Assembly (NCBI GenBank): GCA_016179745.1
Contig: JACPCP010000012.1
Location: forward strand, 789 to 64,788
DNA: 64,000 nucleotides
Direction: 5' to 3'
From: Candidatus Omnitrophota bacterium
GTDB lineage: Bacteria > Omnitrophota > Omnitrophia > Omnitrophales > JACQLI01
Below the pieces are notes generated by a model. The model had not been told where the DNA came from, made no database searches, and saw only the letters and a program-made list of their open reading frames with translations. Shown here one piece after another: positions 47,101-62,100 of this stretch (positions are counted from its first letter, which is position 1; each line of letters begins with the position of its first letter). The position numbers were made by a program, and so were the translations under genes.

Positions 47101-50100
47101 CCGAAGGATAAAGCCGGTCAGAAAGACACTCGCAACCCAGTCTAATTTGATCACCCACCACCCCATTCCGCCCGGCAATAGAAGGAAGGGGGCGATCAAG
47201 GCCCAGCCTGAAAACATCACCCAGATCAGGACAGCCAGCCGGGCCGCCCTTAAAGGAGAAAACCGGAAGATCCGGTCATAGAGGCCAAAACGGACCTGGA
47301 CAAAAATACTTTTGAACAGGAGTTTGACACGGATCCAGAAACGCACGTGCGGGAGATTGTAGCCGGTCCTCTTAACTTCCTTTTGCATTTCATGCAGGAT
47401 AAATGCTTTTGCTTCTTCCGGAACAATCGTTTCGACGCCCTGAACAAAATTGAAACCCACAATCTCTCTGAGGCGGGGGTTTTTTTCCTCATCGAGCGTC
47501 ACATCAAAACGTCTGCTGACGCCGTTCAAAAAGTAGACATCGTATTGCTCCCCGGTGAGCTGCCGGATCAGGCGGTGCACCCGTGGAAGGTAGCGTTTTT
47601 TATTTTCCAAAACAACGCCGAAGAAGCGGACCAGCGGGCCTGAGCGGGCCGGATCCGGAACGCCGATTTGCCCGGCCGGGACTTTCGTCTCACCCGGCTC
47701 CCCCACCCTCACCTCGGACCGGCGGGTCGGAGAAGGCCGCCAGGCCCGGACCCGTCTCGATTTTCCTCCTTCTTCTTCCCAGCGCTCCGTGAATCTGGAA
47801 GGGTCATTGCCGTGGGTCTCAAAATCATATTCCGGAAGGCCGATCTTTGGATCCATCCCGTAATAAGCGCCCTCTCCGGCCGGAAGCGGCCCGCCCTTTT
47901 CCCGGGCAGATTGACGACGTTTCTCTTCCTCTTCCTCAAGAAGGGTCCGGACCGCCGACTCAAGGTCCTCGTCTTCAAAGATATCCTCTGACATGTCCTT
48001 GCCCCGGGGCAAGGGACTGCCGTCCTCATTAAACTTTTTCAACAGGCCCTCCGGCGTATATTGGTCCTGGCTCTTGTAAAGCGACCACGACACTTGTGTT
48101 ATCTCTGCTTTTGTTCCAAAAATATCCTTGCGGTGATGAAGAATTTCGAAAAGGCGCATCCGCTCCCTGAAATCAGGAAGGCTCCCGGCTGAAAGGATCA
48201 GTTTCGTCAGCTCATAAGCGAGGTCGGAGCGGCGGCCTTTTGTGACGTCGATTTCCCGGTAATACCGGATCCAGAGGTTTTTCTCAAGCATCCAGGCATA
48301 GGCGGCCTTCGTCAATTGAAATCCAAATCCCAGGGGGCCGCCGTTGATCATCCGCCGGACTCGGGTCCGGAAATAAATCCGTTCGAGATGATCGTAGTAA
48401 ATCGCCTTTCGAAGAAAGAAGACCTGCCCTTTGAACAGTTTGTAATACCATTTGGTCATCAGGTATTTGAAACCCAGCCCCCAAAAGATCGAGAAGTGTT
48501 TCGATTCCATGACGTGAAAGCTGTTGATCCGGAACCGGTCTTCCTTCAAGACCCGCTTGGGAATCCGAGGGTGCCGGACATCGAAATGAAGCAGGCGATG
48601 GTGCTGGGGCCGGACCAGGATCCTGACAGTGATCGGTTTGACTTCTGCCTTTTTCCCATTCTTCTCCTTCTCTTCAACGATGTGGTCAAAGACATGCTGC
48701 CGGGCCAGAAGCGCCAGGGCGTGGACCCGCTTGGAGCGGACCGAATAGGGGCGGCTGCCGGCCTCAAAATTTTCCCGCAGCACGGGATGGACGGCGTTGG
48801 CGAGGGAAAACTCCTTCTTCACATACCACTGGTAGGCTTCATAAAGCGAGGCCCATTCGGGATTCCCCCTGAGCACCTCGCCGATCAACTCCACGGAAAG
48901 TTGAATCTTGAATCTCCCATCTTCGCCCCGGGGACCGACGCTGAAAATTTCGGGCCCTAAAAATTCGGAGAGGCGCTGAAGGGCTTCGTAAGACTTTTTT
49001 GGATTTTTTTCCGGATCCCTGAAATCCTCCCAGCGAAATCCCGTGGTGGAGCGGTCAAATGCCCTCTCAAACTCGTTGATCAGTCCGTTCGGGGCTGCCA
49101 GAAAACTCCAGAAGGGCTTCGTGTCCCGGACCGTGAACTGGATCCCGCCCTGCGGGAGAAAAACCGGCTGAGCAAGCCCGGTTTTTTTACCGACCCAATC
49201 GAGGACCTTTCCGAAGCGGCGCCCCCGGGCCCACCGAAGGACCCGGTTGTTGATAAAACGCTTCTGGCCGGCCAGGGCCCGAAGAAAGACCCTGACGACA
49301 TCCCAGCGGATTTGGGTCCGCTCCTCTTCGAGAATGTAATTTTGGACATCCCGGCGGTCGAGCGTCCGGCTGGAAGACTTGGCGCTCGCCAGCGCCTCGA
49401 GCTCGCCCATTTCTTTCACCCGTTCTTTGTAAAGGCGCCGGCCCGGCCCGCCGTCGAAAAGCCTCTCGCCGAGGTGCTCTTCGGCAATCAGAATTTCATC
49501 CGGCCCGGCCGTTTGAATTGTTTCAAGAAGGCTGTCTCCGGCGAGATGGGACTCGATTTTGAACGTCACCTCGACATTATCGATTTTAATGGCTTCCCCG
49601 TCCGGCTCCAACACCACGTCTTCCCTCAAAGGGGGCGCCTGTCTTTCGGGAACTTCAATCGTGGGGGTATGCGTCCTTCTCAAATACTCTTCCACCGCCG
49701 CTCCCACAACGTTCATCACACCATAAAGCTGGTCGTCGGAAACTTTGGCAGGATCAAGGGCTTCCCAAGGAAGCAGGCGGTAATGACCGAGCGCCCGGCG
49801 GACGTCCTCTATCTCTGGATAAGGCATGTGCATTTGAAAAAATATTTCATACAAAATCTCATAGGGATTCTTGTCTCTAAACTGGGGATGGAACCTCGAC
49901 AGGTTGGTCCGGGCCGCTGTAATCATCTGGGCCGCAAGGCGCCGGGTGCTGAGTTCCGTCTCAAACGTGGCGAGGGGGTCGGTCACCACCGCAAGCTGAG
50001 GCACGATCCGGTCGATCAGGCTCCGCACGCCCTCGACGAACTCTGAAAATTCCCGGTCAAGGGCCGTCCACCGGGCCGTATCAAGATGCGGAAACATCGC

Positions 50101-53100
50101 CGCATACCGCATTTCCTCGGGAGCGGGCCGATAGGGCCTCCAGTTAGGATTCGGAAAATCATACGGTCTCGTTTTTTTAGGTTCTGCATCCTTTTTTGAG
50201 ACCTGATCGGACTCCACCGACTCCACCGGGACCGGAATCTCAAAGATGTTCTGCCGGTCATTGAGGTAGCGGTCAATCAGCTGAGGATGCTTGAGAAACC
50301 ACCGGGTCCGCCGCCAGGCCCTCCGGTCCATCGCAAGCTCGGCATTCGGCGCCCCCCCGGTTTCCTGCAGGAGGATTCGTTTGGCCCGGATGGGATCGAT
50401 GGCCTCTTCGACCGGAATTTCCGGAACGCCCGGCGTTTCTAAAACAAAACGCTCCCGGTCGAGCGCCACGTTCCGTTCAAGCCGGGGGTCCACCACGCCC
50501 CAGTGATAAAGGTAAAAGGTGTCCCGGATTTCACTGACGGAACGGGTGGCCGGGAGAGGCAGGGTGAGAAAATAAAGAACCGCCCCCCAAAAAACTTTGA
50601 GCCGCACCCACGTTTGATACCACAGGAAATGGGGATAGACCATTTTCCGATAGGCGTAACGGTCGACCTCCTCTTCACGGTCCCGGGTTTTGTAATGCTC
50701 CCGGTTGGGTTCGGCGTCCCAATAGAAGTGTTCATAAAGATCAAACACTTTGGATTCGCCGGCCGCCTCGAAAACTTCGCCTTTCCAGCGCTCGCTCGCC
50801 AGAAGCGCCGTGTCCGGCTTTTTGGCGGCCTCCACGGCCTCTTCGAGACCGGCTTCATCCTTTTCCAGGGCGTATTCGGGAATCACGAGCCGGGCCCGGA
50901 TCTTTCTCCCCGGAAGATCCAATTCGTAAAAGGCGGGGTCCGGACGGCGGGGGTCAAAAGAACCCGCCCGTCGAACCATCCAGTCAATCGCCTCCCGGAA
51001 TTCTTTTTCCCGGCCCCTGACTTCACCTTCGAAGTCGACCAGGCCGTATTTCTCGTCAAGGAGGCGCCGGACCAAATGCTCCCAATTTGCAGCACTCTCG
51101 TAAATTTGAAGGACTCGTGCTTTCCACTCGGTTTCTCCAAAGACTTCCCGGGCCCGGGCTTCCAGCACTTTGACCAGAGGTAAAAGCTCCGTCGATTCCA
51201 AAATGCTTTTCGTATAAAGTAAAATCATTCTAATCCCGCCCACGAGCGCCAGAAGGATACCGGAGACGGTCAAAATGCCGACGAGGGCCCAGCCCCCAAC
51301 CGCCAGGAAAAAAGACACGCCCGTAAGCCCGGCAACAGGAACGGTAAAAATGGCAGCTGCATAACCGATCAGCAGGCCCAGCCACGCCACCGCCCAGACC
51401 GGGATACCGACCCAGCGCAAGACTCCGGTCAAAAAGGCCGCAGTGCCGTGGAGAAAATTTCCCGGCTCGGAAACATTCCGCCAAATCCACTCCCAGACCG
51501 GGTTCCCGACCGGCCGTTCGCCGGCGGCCCGCACCCGGGCGTGAGAAGGCACGTAATCCGGATTGGCGAGAGTTTGCTCCATCTCCTGCTGGGGCCGGGC
51601 CAGCATCACCCGGGTCGCATCAAACTCCTCCTGCCGCACAAAGACAACCGGACTTTCGCCGGCCCCGGTCCTGTCCATTACCTCTTTGGCCGTGCCGGCC
51701 CCGGCCAGGGCCCGGACCGTTTCTGCCGGAGGCCGCTCTTCTTCTCCCTGACGGACTTCGCTTCGAAACGAAGTCTCTTTTCTTAAAAGCGTGGGCAGCA
51801 TCCGGCGCCGGTCCCGGAAACCCCGGAAATAATCCTGATAACGTTCGGCGAGTCCGTCGATGAATTGTCCTCCCACGAGGAAGCGCCGGTCGAAAAGCAG
51901 GTCCGGGGTCAGGGTCAGCGTATGATTCGTGAAATCGTAACGAAAGCCTGAAAATTGGTTCAGAAAGGTCAAAAGATAGGAGAAGCCCCGGGTGATTTGT
52001 TCCCGGGCCTGTTCCGGATGGGCTTTGTCAAACTGGAATTCGAAACCGGGAAGGAGGTCCGTCCGGGCAAGCCAGCTTACAAATTCGAGGCCGGGGCCGG
52101 TCACGAGCCCGCCCATGACTTTGGCAAACTCGTCCTGGTCCCGGAATTGAATCTGGATCGCCCCCCGGGAATTGACCTGGACTCGATCCGTCAGCCCCTG
52201 GCGCTGGGCCCATTCGGTCTGGAGCGCCCGGCTCAAAAGGCCCGTGGCCACGTCTCGGAAAAATTCGCTGTGAAGCCGCCTTTGGACCACGGTCCGGAAG
52301 ATATAATCTTCCACATCACGATCGCTGACCCGCCCCCCCGTAAAAACCGGCAGGAGATCCAGATTTTCCAGAACTTCCGCCTGAAAATAATGGACCGTAA
52401 GCCCCTGGTCGGGGTCATAATCCGCCGGGATCTCAAAATGAAGCGGCTGCCGGGCGAGGCTCTCCGGCAGGACCTCCTGCGGGACCCACGCCAAAGCCTG
52501 CCTCAGAATTCCTGTCACCAGCAAATAAAATTTTTCGCCGTCTTCCTCCGTGACCGAGACACGCTTGACGGTTTGGGCCTCGCTCAAGTTTTGTGGAGTC
52601 ACTCCTGCCGCCAGGTAACGAGTCAGGACTTTGGGCTCCAGGGCCGTTTCCTGAAATCCCTGCCGGGCGCCCTGGGTCACCATCACCGGACTTCTGCCCC
52701 GGGCAAGGCCGGGGACCTGTTGCTGTAAAAAGGTCTTGCCCTCCTGATGTTCGGGAACGGCGACGAGGGTGATTTGGCGGCCGTCCCGATTAAAGGTGTC
52801 TTGAAGCACTTCATCCGAACTGCCGGAACGGGCCACGGAAAACCAGAGGCGCTCAAGGAAAGTTTCCCAGGCGTCGGGGCCCCGCTGACGGATCAAGTCG
52901 TATTCCCAGGGTTTGAGAAGCGCCCCGGAAACCCGGCTGCTCATCAGATCGCTGGCAACGACATCGTAATAAGAATTTTCGAGGATCGATTCAAGGGCCC
53001 GCCGGGCTCCGGTTCGCTCCGTGTCGCCCGGAGGGCCGTGGATCGCATTCGCCCGTTCGATCATTTCATCAATGATCCAGAAATCCTGGACCATGTTCTG

Positions 53101-56100
53101 GGAGGCATCGCCCAGTTCGCTCAGCCTGCCGGTCACCGGCGCCACACCCGGAAAATCACCCAGCCGGTGATTGAGCCCGCCCATGAAAACTTGCAGCCAC
53201 CGGTTCCCCCGCTCCACGATGCGGCGCAGGATGTCGTTTGAAATCGTGCCCGTCACATCATAAGCGACACGCCCCTCCGCTTCGCCGGTGGTGGGAAACC
53301 TCCGGGTCCTCCCGTCCGGGGCAAGGATCCTTCCACGAACCAGGGGACGAGTATAGGCCCCGGCCGCCAAAATCAGACGTTGGGGCTGGACCAGGGCCTT
53401 GATGCGGCCGGCCTGATCGCTTAATTCACTCACCCCTTCCGCAAACGCATGGGCCCGGACCACATTCAAATCATGAGGACGAATCGAATGCACACGATCG
53501 TCAGGGATCCCATACTGGCTCCGGCTTGATTCAAGCGCAGGACCGAGGTAAGCCCAATCCCGGGGAAAGAACCAGCCCCCTTCGATCCGTTTCTTGAGAA
53601 GGGAGTGATTCAGCCGAAGAAGGATTCTTCGCAGGACGGGAATCCTGCTCAAAAGGTGGAAATAAATAATTTCGAGGGCTCTCCTCCGGCGTTTTTCAGT
53701 GTCATTCACGCCGTAAGCGCTCGCTTCCCGCTGGTCCTGGATCTCGATAAACCGACCGGTTTGGCGCCACTCCTCCAGCTTGTCCCGGTGGCGAATGTCC
53801 TGCTGGGCGGCCTCCCGCCGGAGCGATTCCAAACGGGCCAGGATCCTGTTATCGGCCAGATAATTTTGTTCGGCCACTACCGTTTCACCGGCCTGAAGCC
53901 AATCGTCAATCCGGCGAATGCTCTCATCGGGATTCAGGGGGTCGAGCGACAAAAATTTTACCGGATCCTCTTCGGGCTGGGGAGCCGCAAGTTTTCGGGG
54001 CGGCGAGAGGGAAGCGATTTTTCCGTCAAACTCAACTTCAGAATACGGAACAAACTCTTTTTCGATTTTGGTGCCGGGCCGGTTTTTCTGGCCCTTCACG
54101 AATTCACGGCGGCGGTAATACTGGGCCGTCCGGCCGAGAATTCGAATGAAGCGGCGCACGTGAAGCGGTTCGCCCCCGGGACCTTCGCCGGGCCTCCGGA
54201 AATGGCGGTTGAGCCATTCATTCATCTCCCGGCTCTTCAAATCGTCCAACTGCCTGAGGCGGTCCTCTACTTCCTCGAGACTCTTCGATTCCCAGAGGAG
54301 CCTCAGGAAGGCCCGCTCTTCGTCCAACTCATTGTTTTTGGCGTAAGCTTGAATGCGGGTCAACAGCACAGTGCGGAATTGCCGCCCGAGCGCCCCCTCC
54401 TGAATGCGGCCCCAAACAAACGGCACTGTTTCCCACAAGAACCAAGCGAGAGCCAAAGGCGCCAAGATGGCTGCAGGCGCAACGAACCAGGCGGGCAAAG
54501 AAACAAGGAGAGAGATTCCAAAAAGAGCCAAAACGGTGACGGACAGGGCATAGGGCACAAGTCTCGTGAAAAAGTGACGCCAGAAGCCGAAGCCCTCAAA
54601 GTCTCCGGGGCCGGCGGGCCATCCCCCGTGAGGAGGACGGGGAGGCGCCGGCGGTTCCTGAATCTCCGGAACCGTGAGCCGTTCAATCGGGGCGTTGAGC
54701 GCTTCCCGTGATTCTCGAACCAGATTACGGCCTGCGGCCGTCCGGACCCGGTAGAGCGTCAATTCAATTTGAAGACCGCCCAGACGGTCTCGAAGAATGT
54801 CCCTGAAGTCTTCAGTCATATCCTCCCCGGTCGGCCCGGGCAGAGCGATGGATTCAAAATAAGGGGTCAGATTGACATCGGCAAAAAAATGGGTTTGGGG
54901 ATGAACTATTTCCATCACAACGGTTTCGGGGTCTCGGCCGGGCTCGGACTCCAGTGTCCCATAGACATAAAGCCAGCCGTTTCGAATTATCATTTTGGGA
55001 TCGACTTCCACGGGCAGGTATCTATCAATCCAACCCTGGACCGAATTTCGCCAGGCCTCCCTCGCCATCACCCAGGCCTGTGTCCCTGCCGGATCGAGCG
55101 GATACTTTTTCCGGATCCTGGCCGTCATTTCTTCAAGAAGGCGGGCCTTTGTTTGATTTCTTTCGAGGGCCGATAGAATATTAAGGCGCCCCTGAAGTTT
55201 TCTTTTCTCCCACCAACTGAAATACCGGTCCAACGCCACGGGCACCGTCGAGCGAAGCGACTCCTGCCAGGCCCGGTTCACCTTCTTGAGTAACTTCCCG
55301 TCCGTCCCTCCCTGCCGCACCTCGGAGCGGGGGAAATGGAGAGTGCCGCTTGCGATTTTGCGTCCTTGCGTGTCGAGGACCTTGAAAGGAATGATGTCGC
55401 CGAGCAGGCCGGCGACCCCGCTCCGGAGAGGAAAGTGGACTGAAGGCCGAACGCCGTTTGTCAACTTCAGAGGGTAGAATCTCCTCGTATCGATTTCTTT
55501 CTTGATCCCAACCGCCGGTGAAACATCGAGTGAACCAGACGCCCCCTTGAGCTGATCAAGCTGTCCTTTAAGGAGCTGCTCCACCAAATCCAACTTTCCG
55601 TTGAGGAAAATCCCTCCTTTAAAGAGCGCTGCCCCTTCATCATCGATGACGAAACGGACCCCAAGCCCGAGGTGGTCAAATCCCCGGAAGGGGGCAAGCG
55701 ACTCGAACAGGAATTCCCCCTCGTCTTGCGACAACTTGGAGGGCGCAATCACCAACTCTTCATGGGGGGATAACGCCGTCTCAATAAGGGAAGAAAATTC
55801 CTTGAACCTTACCGTAAGCCGCCCGGGATCACCGGCCGCCAGCGCAACCGAGCCGATCTTGGCAATCACGGTGAACTTCTGCTCTTCTCCGCCCCGATTC
55901 CCGGCCAACTCCGCCAAGATCCACACCTCTTCCCTTGCGTAGAATTCCAGCGCGCTCTTGAGCCCCCGAAAGAAGGACGTGGCTGTCCCCCGCACCTCGG
56001 CGCGCGAGCCGAGAGAAAGTTCTAGAGGGGCGGGCGCCCCTTCCCCCAACACCATGCGTGGAACACCACGGATGGAGGTATCGAGTCCTCTAAACTGCCC

Positions 56101-59100
56101 ACGAAGCTGCACTCCGCTTTTCGAATCACGAATCAAAATCCGGTGACGGTCGAACTCGACCTTCACGCCTGGTGGAGTTTTAACTGATTGGTAGGTTCCG
56201 TCGGTTTTGACAATCGTAAGCGGGGGGGGCCACCCTGACCAGCTCCCCTGAGGTCCGGCGACAAGAGGGCCAAACGTATTGTAAATGTCAAAAGAAGGGT
56301 CCGTTAGGCTCCGCCATTGGTTCGTCACTGCGTCGTAAAGTTGAATGGTGTCCGGCAAGAATAATTCCTCGGCGACAGGAAAGAGCTGAGGGTCCCCCAC
56401 CATATGAAGGACCAAGGGATACTTCGAATCGGGATAAATCTGAAGCGCTTGCGCCATAATCCATTCAAGAATGGTTTGTGCAACTCCGTCTTCGTGAAGT
56501 GTTTTTTGGACAGGCACTACCAGATTACTGACCCGCAACCTTTCGGGAAAGACTTCGATGGTCACACCTCCCTCGATGTTCCTGTCCGGTCCAATTAAGT
56601 GATAAAAGTGTGTGCCCTGATTGCTAGACGGATCTCGAACAAGAAGAAGGCCGGTTGGGAATACGGGGTGCGGTAAGTTCACGATCTTCTTAAAATAGCT
56701 CGGCGCAGCCTCGATCGCAGGCGTTTTCCTTGGAGCCTTATCAGGATCTTCATTCAAACGGTGATACTCGTAGTCGCTTCCAATTTTGTTGTGAGCGTCA
56801 TGCAATACGTCGACCGCTGCCTTGACGGCTCGAAACCTAAAATCCCGCTCCGCTTGCGGCACATTTCCAAGATTCTGGGCCATGTCAAACAGCTTCCTGA
56901 CCGTTCCCGAATAGCCGATGTCAGGGCCATAATCCTCGTGATAAACGACGCCGCCCTTCAAATTCCTCATTTCAAGAAAGGGCTTGGTCTTTTCCGTCCC
57001 CAGATTGATTTCAAGAGTCCCCTTGGTCCCTTCAAGGATCATATAATAGGCATTCGTGTGCACCCCCTTCCCTGCACCCAAATCGACCACGACGCTCCCC
57101 ACATTCCCCACCACACGGGCATAAGTCTCCGTCTCTCCGGGGGCGCCCCGATAACGCCAAAAGGAACTTTGATCCTTGTGAAGTTGAAACCGGCCAAAAC
57201 TAATTCCAAATTTTTCGAACAGAAATTCCCCCAACGCCACCAAGTGCACCATCATGTCCATGCCAAGCCCCCCGCCGCTCACGGCAGGATCCACAAGCCA
57301 TTCCCGTCCGTGCTCCACTTCCACATTTTCAATCATCCGTCCCCGCATGGCCCTGAGTTCCCCGAAATTTTCTTCCTTGAGCAGTTCAAACGCCTTTAGC
57401 GCTGACGGGTTGTCAAAAAAGAAGTCGATAGGAAAAATCATATTCTTTCCACGTCGATAGGTGAACTCGAAGGCATCCATATGTTCCGGGAGGCCGAGCG
57501 GCTTTTCCACAAACACCTGCATTCCATGGTTGACGGCCCAGGCCACAATATCCAGATGCGTATCGGGCCGGGTGACTACGAGCACCCCGGCAGGGTCCAG
57601 CGCCAGCACCGATTTCAAAAATGCCGTATCGGGCCCCTCAATCGGACGGTCAGGAACCTGGATATAGGCCGAATACGGGAGACTCATTCTCGCAATTTTC
57701 GCCCCGGCCGGAATTTCCCTCATCAAATCGACGGCAACAAGTTCAATATTGAAAACCTGTGCGAGCCGATTGATGTGTTCTTGGTAAAAGCGGGGAATGA
57801 CCGCGCCAAGCCCTCCATAAACGATTACTTTTTTCTTCGGCAGGGTTCCTTCGCCGGGAAGGTCGAGCTTTGCGATATCGGTAATCGGTGCGATGTGGAC
57901 TGCCGTGGGCGTAACGGGGTTGATTCGAGCGAGGGCACGCACCACGGGCCCTCGAATGGCCGGGTCTTGGACCCAGGAGGTTAAGGCAGGAATTGCGTCT
58001 GAACCGATCGCCGCCAAAACATCTTCAATTCTTTCTTCTAGTAACTTATCTTCCTCACGGAAAGCTTCAATCAAGTGCGGCACCGCAATCACACCCAGGT
58101 GCTTCAGCCCATCGGATGCAACCTCCCGGACCTTTTCATCTGGAGATTTTAGGAAATCGATTAAGACCGGAACGGCCGACACGCCTTGTCGGGTGAGCAC
58201 CCCCTGGACTTCATCACTATTTTTTGATGAGGAGATTAAATTACGAATTCTCTCGTAGGTCGGACTGCCGCGAGTCAGATCGGGAAAGGTCGGGTTCGAT
58301 GAGTGGAACCGTTTTCCTTTTTGAGAACGAAACCAAGCGTTGAGAGAACTTCTGAGCCAAGGTAATTCTTTGTTTCGCCGGTCATTAATTACAAAATCCC
58401 AGCCCTGGATTACTCCTTCTTCATCAAAAGTAATCTTAACGAAACCTTTGTACAAAACTTGATCTGTCAGCGCTTCCCTCGCCACCCCATAGGGCGTTGC
58501 CCTGACATAAAGATCATAAATATTTCCTGGATGTCCAGACGGGCCATACTTCAGAGTAATCGAGTGGTGAGTTGTCTTGCCAAGTTTGGGATCAACCCTG
58601 GCATCAAGCAGGGAGATACTTCTCAGCCTCCCATCCTCCCAATACTCCGGCTGGAGAAAAACCGGAGGCGTGGGCGTTTCGGCGGATCGGATCTCTGAAC
58701 GAGGTTTTCCTCCGCCGGGAGATTTCGCCTCGGCCACATCAATAATGACTTGCCCCCGGAAATGTTCGTCTGGTTTAAGAGTCACCGGGGCCGCTTCCGT
58801 TACACCCCTTTCAAACATCTGGAAGGCATTCGTGGAACTCGTCTGGGATTCAACACTGATATTAGGCAGGCCTGCCTCATCGGGAGGGACCCAAAAGACT
58901 ATGTGTTTGAATCCTCCGCTTTGAGAAATGGTAATCTGTTTTCCTGTTATCGGATCCTGAAGCGTGGATCGAGCAAACCCATCGGAGTCAAACCTGAGCC
59001 CCGTGTAAACATCATCATAGATGTCCCCTCCCAGCACCTTGCTTTCAGCGAGGGCGTGCCTGCCGGTCGCCTCAAGCAACTTCCCGGTAGGAATCATATC

Positions 59101-62100
59101 CTCACGAGCCTCATAAACCTTTGTAACGGGAAGGGTCGCCTTGACATGATTCCGCCAATCCAGAGGCATCCGGAAGTAGGGATGAAAACCGAAACTCATC
59201 GAAAAGTCACTTGTGCCGAGATTGACGATGTCGGTTTCAACCGTCAGCCGATTCCCTTTCAACCGGTAGATCACGGAAATCTTAGCCCGGCCAAAGTAGG
59301 TTTCAATCGGTGTTCCGGTACCGTCATAACTGCTGCGGATAAAGACCCCGTCGTTGGTCATCCCGGTTTCTTCCACGATCCAAGGAACGTGCCAAACCAT
59401 TCCGTGAATCATATGCGTATCAATCCGGTAAACCTGGTGTCCGCTTTCTAACCTCTTCCTGAAATCGGCCACACTTAATTCTTCAAGGAGATTCACGATC
59501 GTTCCGTCGGGCCTTTTAATTTTTCCGCCCTCAATCCGATTAACAAACGGCCACATGATGGGAAAACCTCCAACGGCGTTTAAATCTTCTGGGAAGTAAA
59601 AGATTTCTTCCGGGGTGTCGCCCGTGAACAGCACCTTCATTGAAACAATCGTGTTCCCCCGATCAGGCATTACGACGATCGATGAGTTCGATTGCTTATC
59701 AACTAAGCGATACAACCGGTGGTCATATCCTTTCCGGGTAAACTCTTCGATCCTGAAACTATCCGTTTCTTTAGAATTGAGAATCGATTCCTCTTCCGGC
59801 GAAGGGGCTTCCCCCGGACCCATCACCTGATGAGCAAGGGCAGAGAACTCTTTCGGATCGACACTGGCGCGGCCGACGAGGACGCCGTCAATGCCGGGTC
59901 TTGCAAGAAACAGCCCAACGTTTTCGGCGTTGACTCCCCCGCCGAAAATGATCCGCACCTTCCCCGCTGCTTCAAGTCCGTAAAGGTTGAGGAGGGCATA
60001 GCGAATCAGGCGATGCATCTTCTGGACTTCCTCCGGAGCCGGTTTGAAATGGATCGGCTCGTATTCAATAACAACCCGAGAGAGTTCTTCGGGCTTGACG
60101 CCGTTTAACCGGGCCGCCACCTGTGCCCTCATCCGATCCAGCCGATCTCTTCCGGCATGGTCTACGGCGTTCTCCGAAACCGCGAGCACCACGCCAAACC
60201 CGTTTGCCAGTGCCGCCTTGATTTTCCTGTTAATCACCTCAGGCGGCTCGCTCACCCCGGTCTCAAGCTCATCGCCGCGCACCCGCTCCGAATGTCCCGC
60301 GAGGACATAACGGACCCCGAACTCCCTGAGACTCTCCACCGGCGTCTGGCCTGTCCCCTTCCCCGGCTCGGCAGATGAAATGTCCTGGGCAAGAAGGTCA
60401 ATTGCTTTGTTCCCTTCCAAGACCTTGCTCACCGCTGAAAGGTGGGCATCAGAAGGTCCTATTAGAATCTCTCCTTTTCCGAATCCACGCGGCAGATGCG
60501 CCGAAATCGACCGGGCAAGAACTAATGCGTCTCGTTCCCTAGGTAACAAGGTCTTCCATAGACCCACGAGAACCGGCGCCCGCACTGCCTCCTCTGCCTG
60601 CTTGAGCCCCTCGATTGCTTCCAGATCCTCAAACGTTTTGACCCTCCTGCCCCTCGTTTCCGAGCGGAGGGTCAGGATCATCCGGAGCTGCTGGGCGCCT
60701 GCCAACACATCTTGTTCACTTCCTTCTGAACGCTGGATCGTGATAACGTCAATTTGCAGTAACCGGCTTCCACGGATCAAATCGGTGATGTCGACAACCC
60801 CCTCCGTTTCATGGACATCCTTCTGGAGAGAGACCGTTCGAGCCTCTTCTTCCTTTGATGACCGAGCAAACTGAACGCCGACTCGCTTTCCCCAGAAGTG
60901 CCGGGGAAGGACCAACTCGGCCTTCTCGATCCTCTCCGCCTCAATCCGGGCCGGTTGCACCAGTATAAATCTGTTGACGCCCTCACGGATCTTCTGCTGG
61001 TCTGCCGGCAGCAGGACCGGAAGGTAGGCAAAGAACTGTAACCGCTTGGATTCGGAGGCGCCCTCTCCCCGCACCTCGGCACGAGCTTCGATCGAGGGCA
61101 CCTCGGAGCGGGGGAGCTGCTCGACCCATTCGAAGCGCTTTTGAACCATCTCTTCCCTCGTGAAACGTTCTACGCCGGTCACCGACCCCCAAGTGTATTT
61201 CCTCTCCTGTCGACTCCAGCCGGCCGGCACTGCCACGAGGATTGGGCCACGGCCTTTCCTCCCCTCTTCAAGATTGGTCACGAGCAAGTAGCGTGGCAGG
61301 GTCAGGGCGCCCTGCTTTTCCCGGAAGCGCAACACGATTCCGAGTTCAGCTTTTTCCGGCGCTTGCTCCGTCACCTGCTGCCATCTGAGTCCGTCCTTAT
61401 TAAATTCCTCCTCACTCCCCCGCACCTCGGAACGGGGGAGAGAGTCAATGGCCGCCTGGATCGCGCGCCTCACGGTCGGGTGATTTTCTTCCCTTAGGGC
61501 CTCAACCAAAATCTGACGGACGATTGATACCGCCTCTTCGTTCCGTCTGGCCATCGAAGAAAGGTCTTCTGCCGCACTGACACGGTCCGACACCGCCGGG
61601 TCGTCTAGCAGCCCAGATAACCTTTTTATGACTGCTTCATCTTCTTCGCTAAGCCGCACCTCGGAGCGGGGAGTCTGCTCTCGCAGATAGTTAGCGATTT
61701 CATTCAGGATTGAATCCTGAGAGCCGCCATCCCAGCCGCGCCGGAGGGTGTCGATACCCATCGGATCGATATGAAGCGTTGTCTGCCATTGGCGGGACAT
61801 CCAAATTTGTGGGGGGTTCGGGCCCTTGGGCACTCCGAAGTAAACACGAAAGATGGGCTCTCTCGGACGCCCCTCGTCCGGCCGCCACTGCCGGGTCCCA
61901 TCGACAACGAAATATTCGGGCTCTTCGCCTGGTGCGGGCCGGACATGCCCCATAACCAGTTTTCTTCTAACGGTCTCCTCCTCCACCCGCCTGAGACTTT
62001 GAACCCGCTCCTTGAGGAACTGCAGAACGGTGGCGGCATCGGGGTTGATCGGGGGGGCATGGTTTTCTTCGAGCTGTGCCGGATCCGTGATCAGCCGCGC

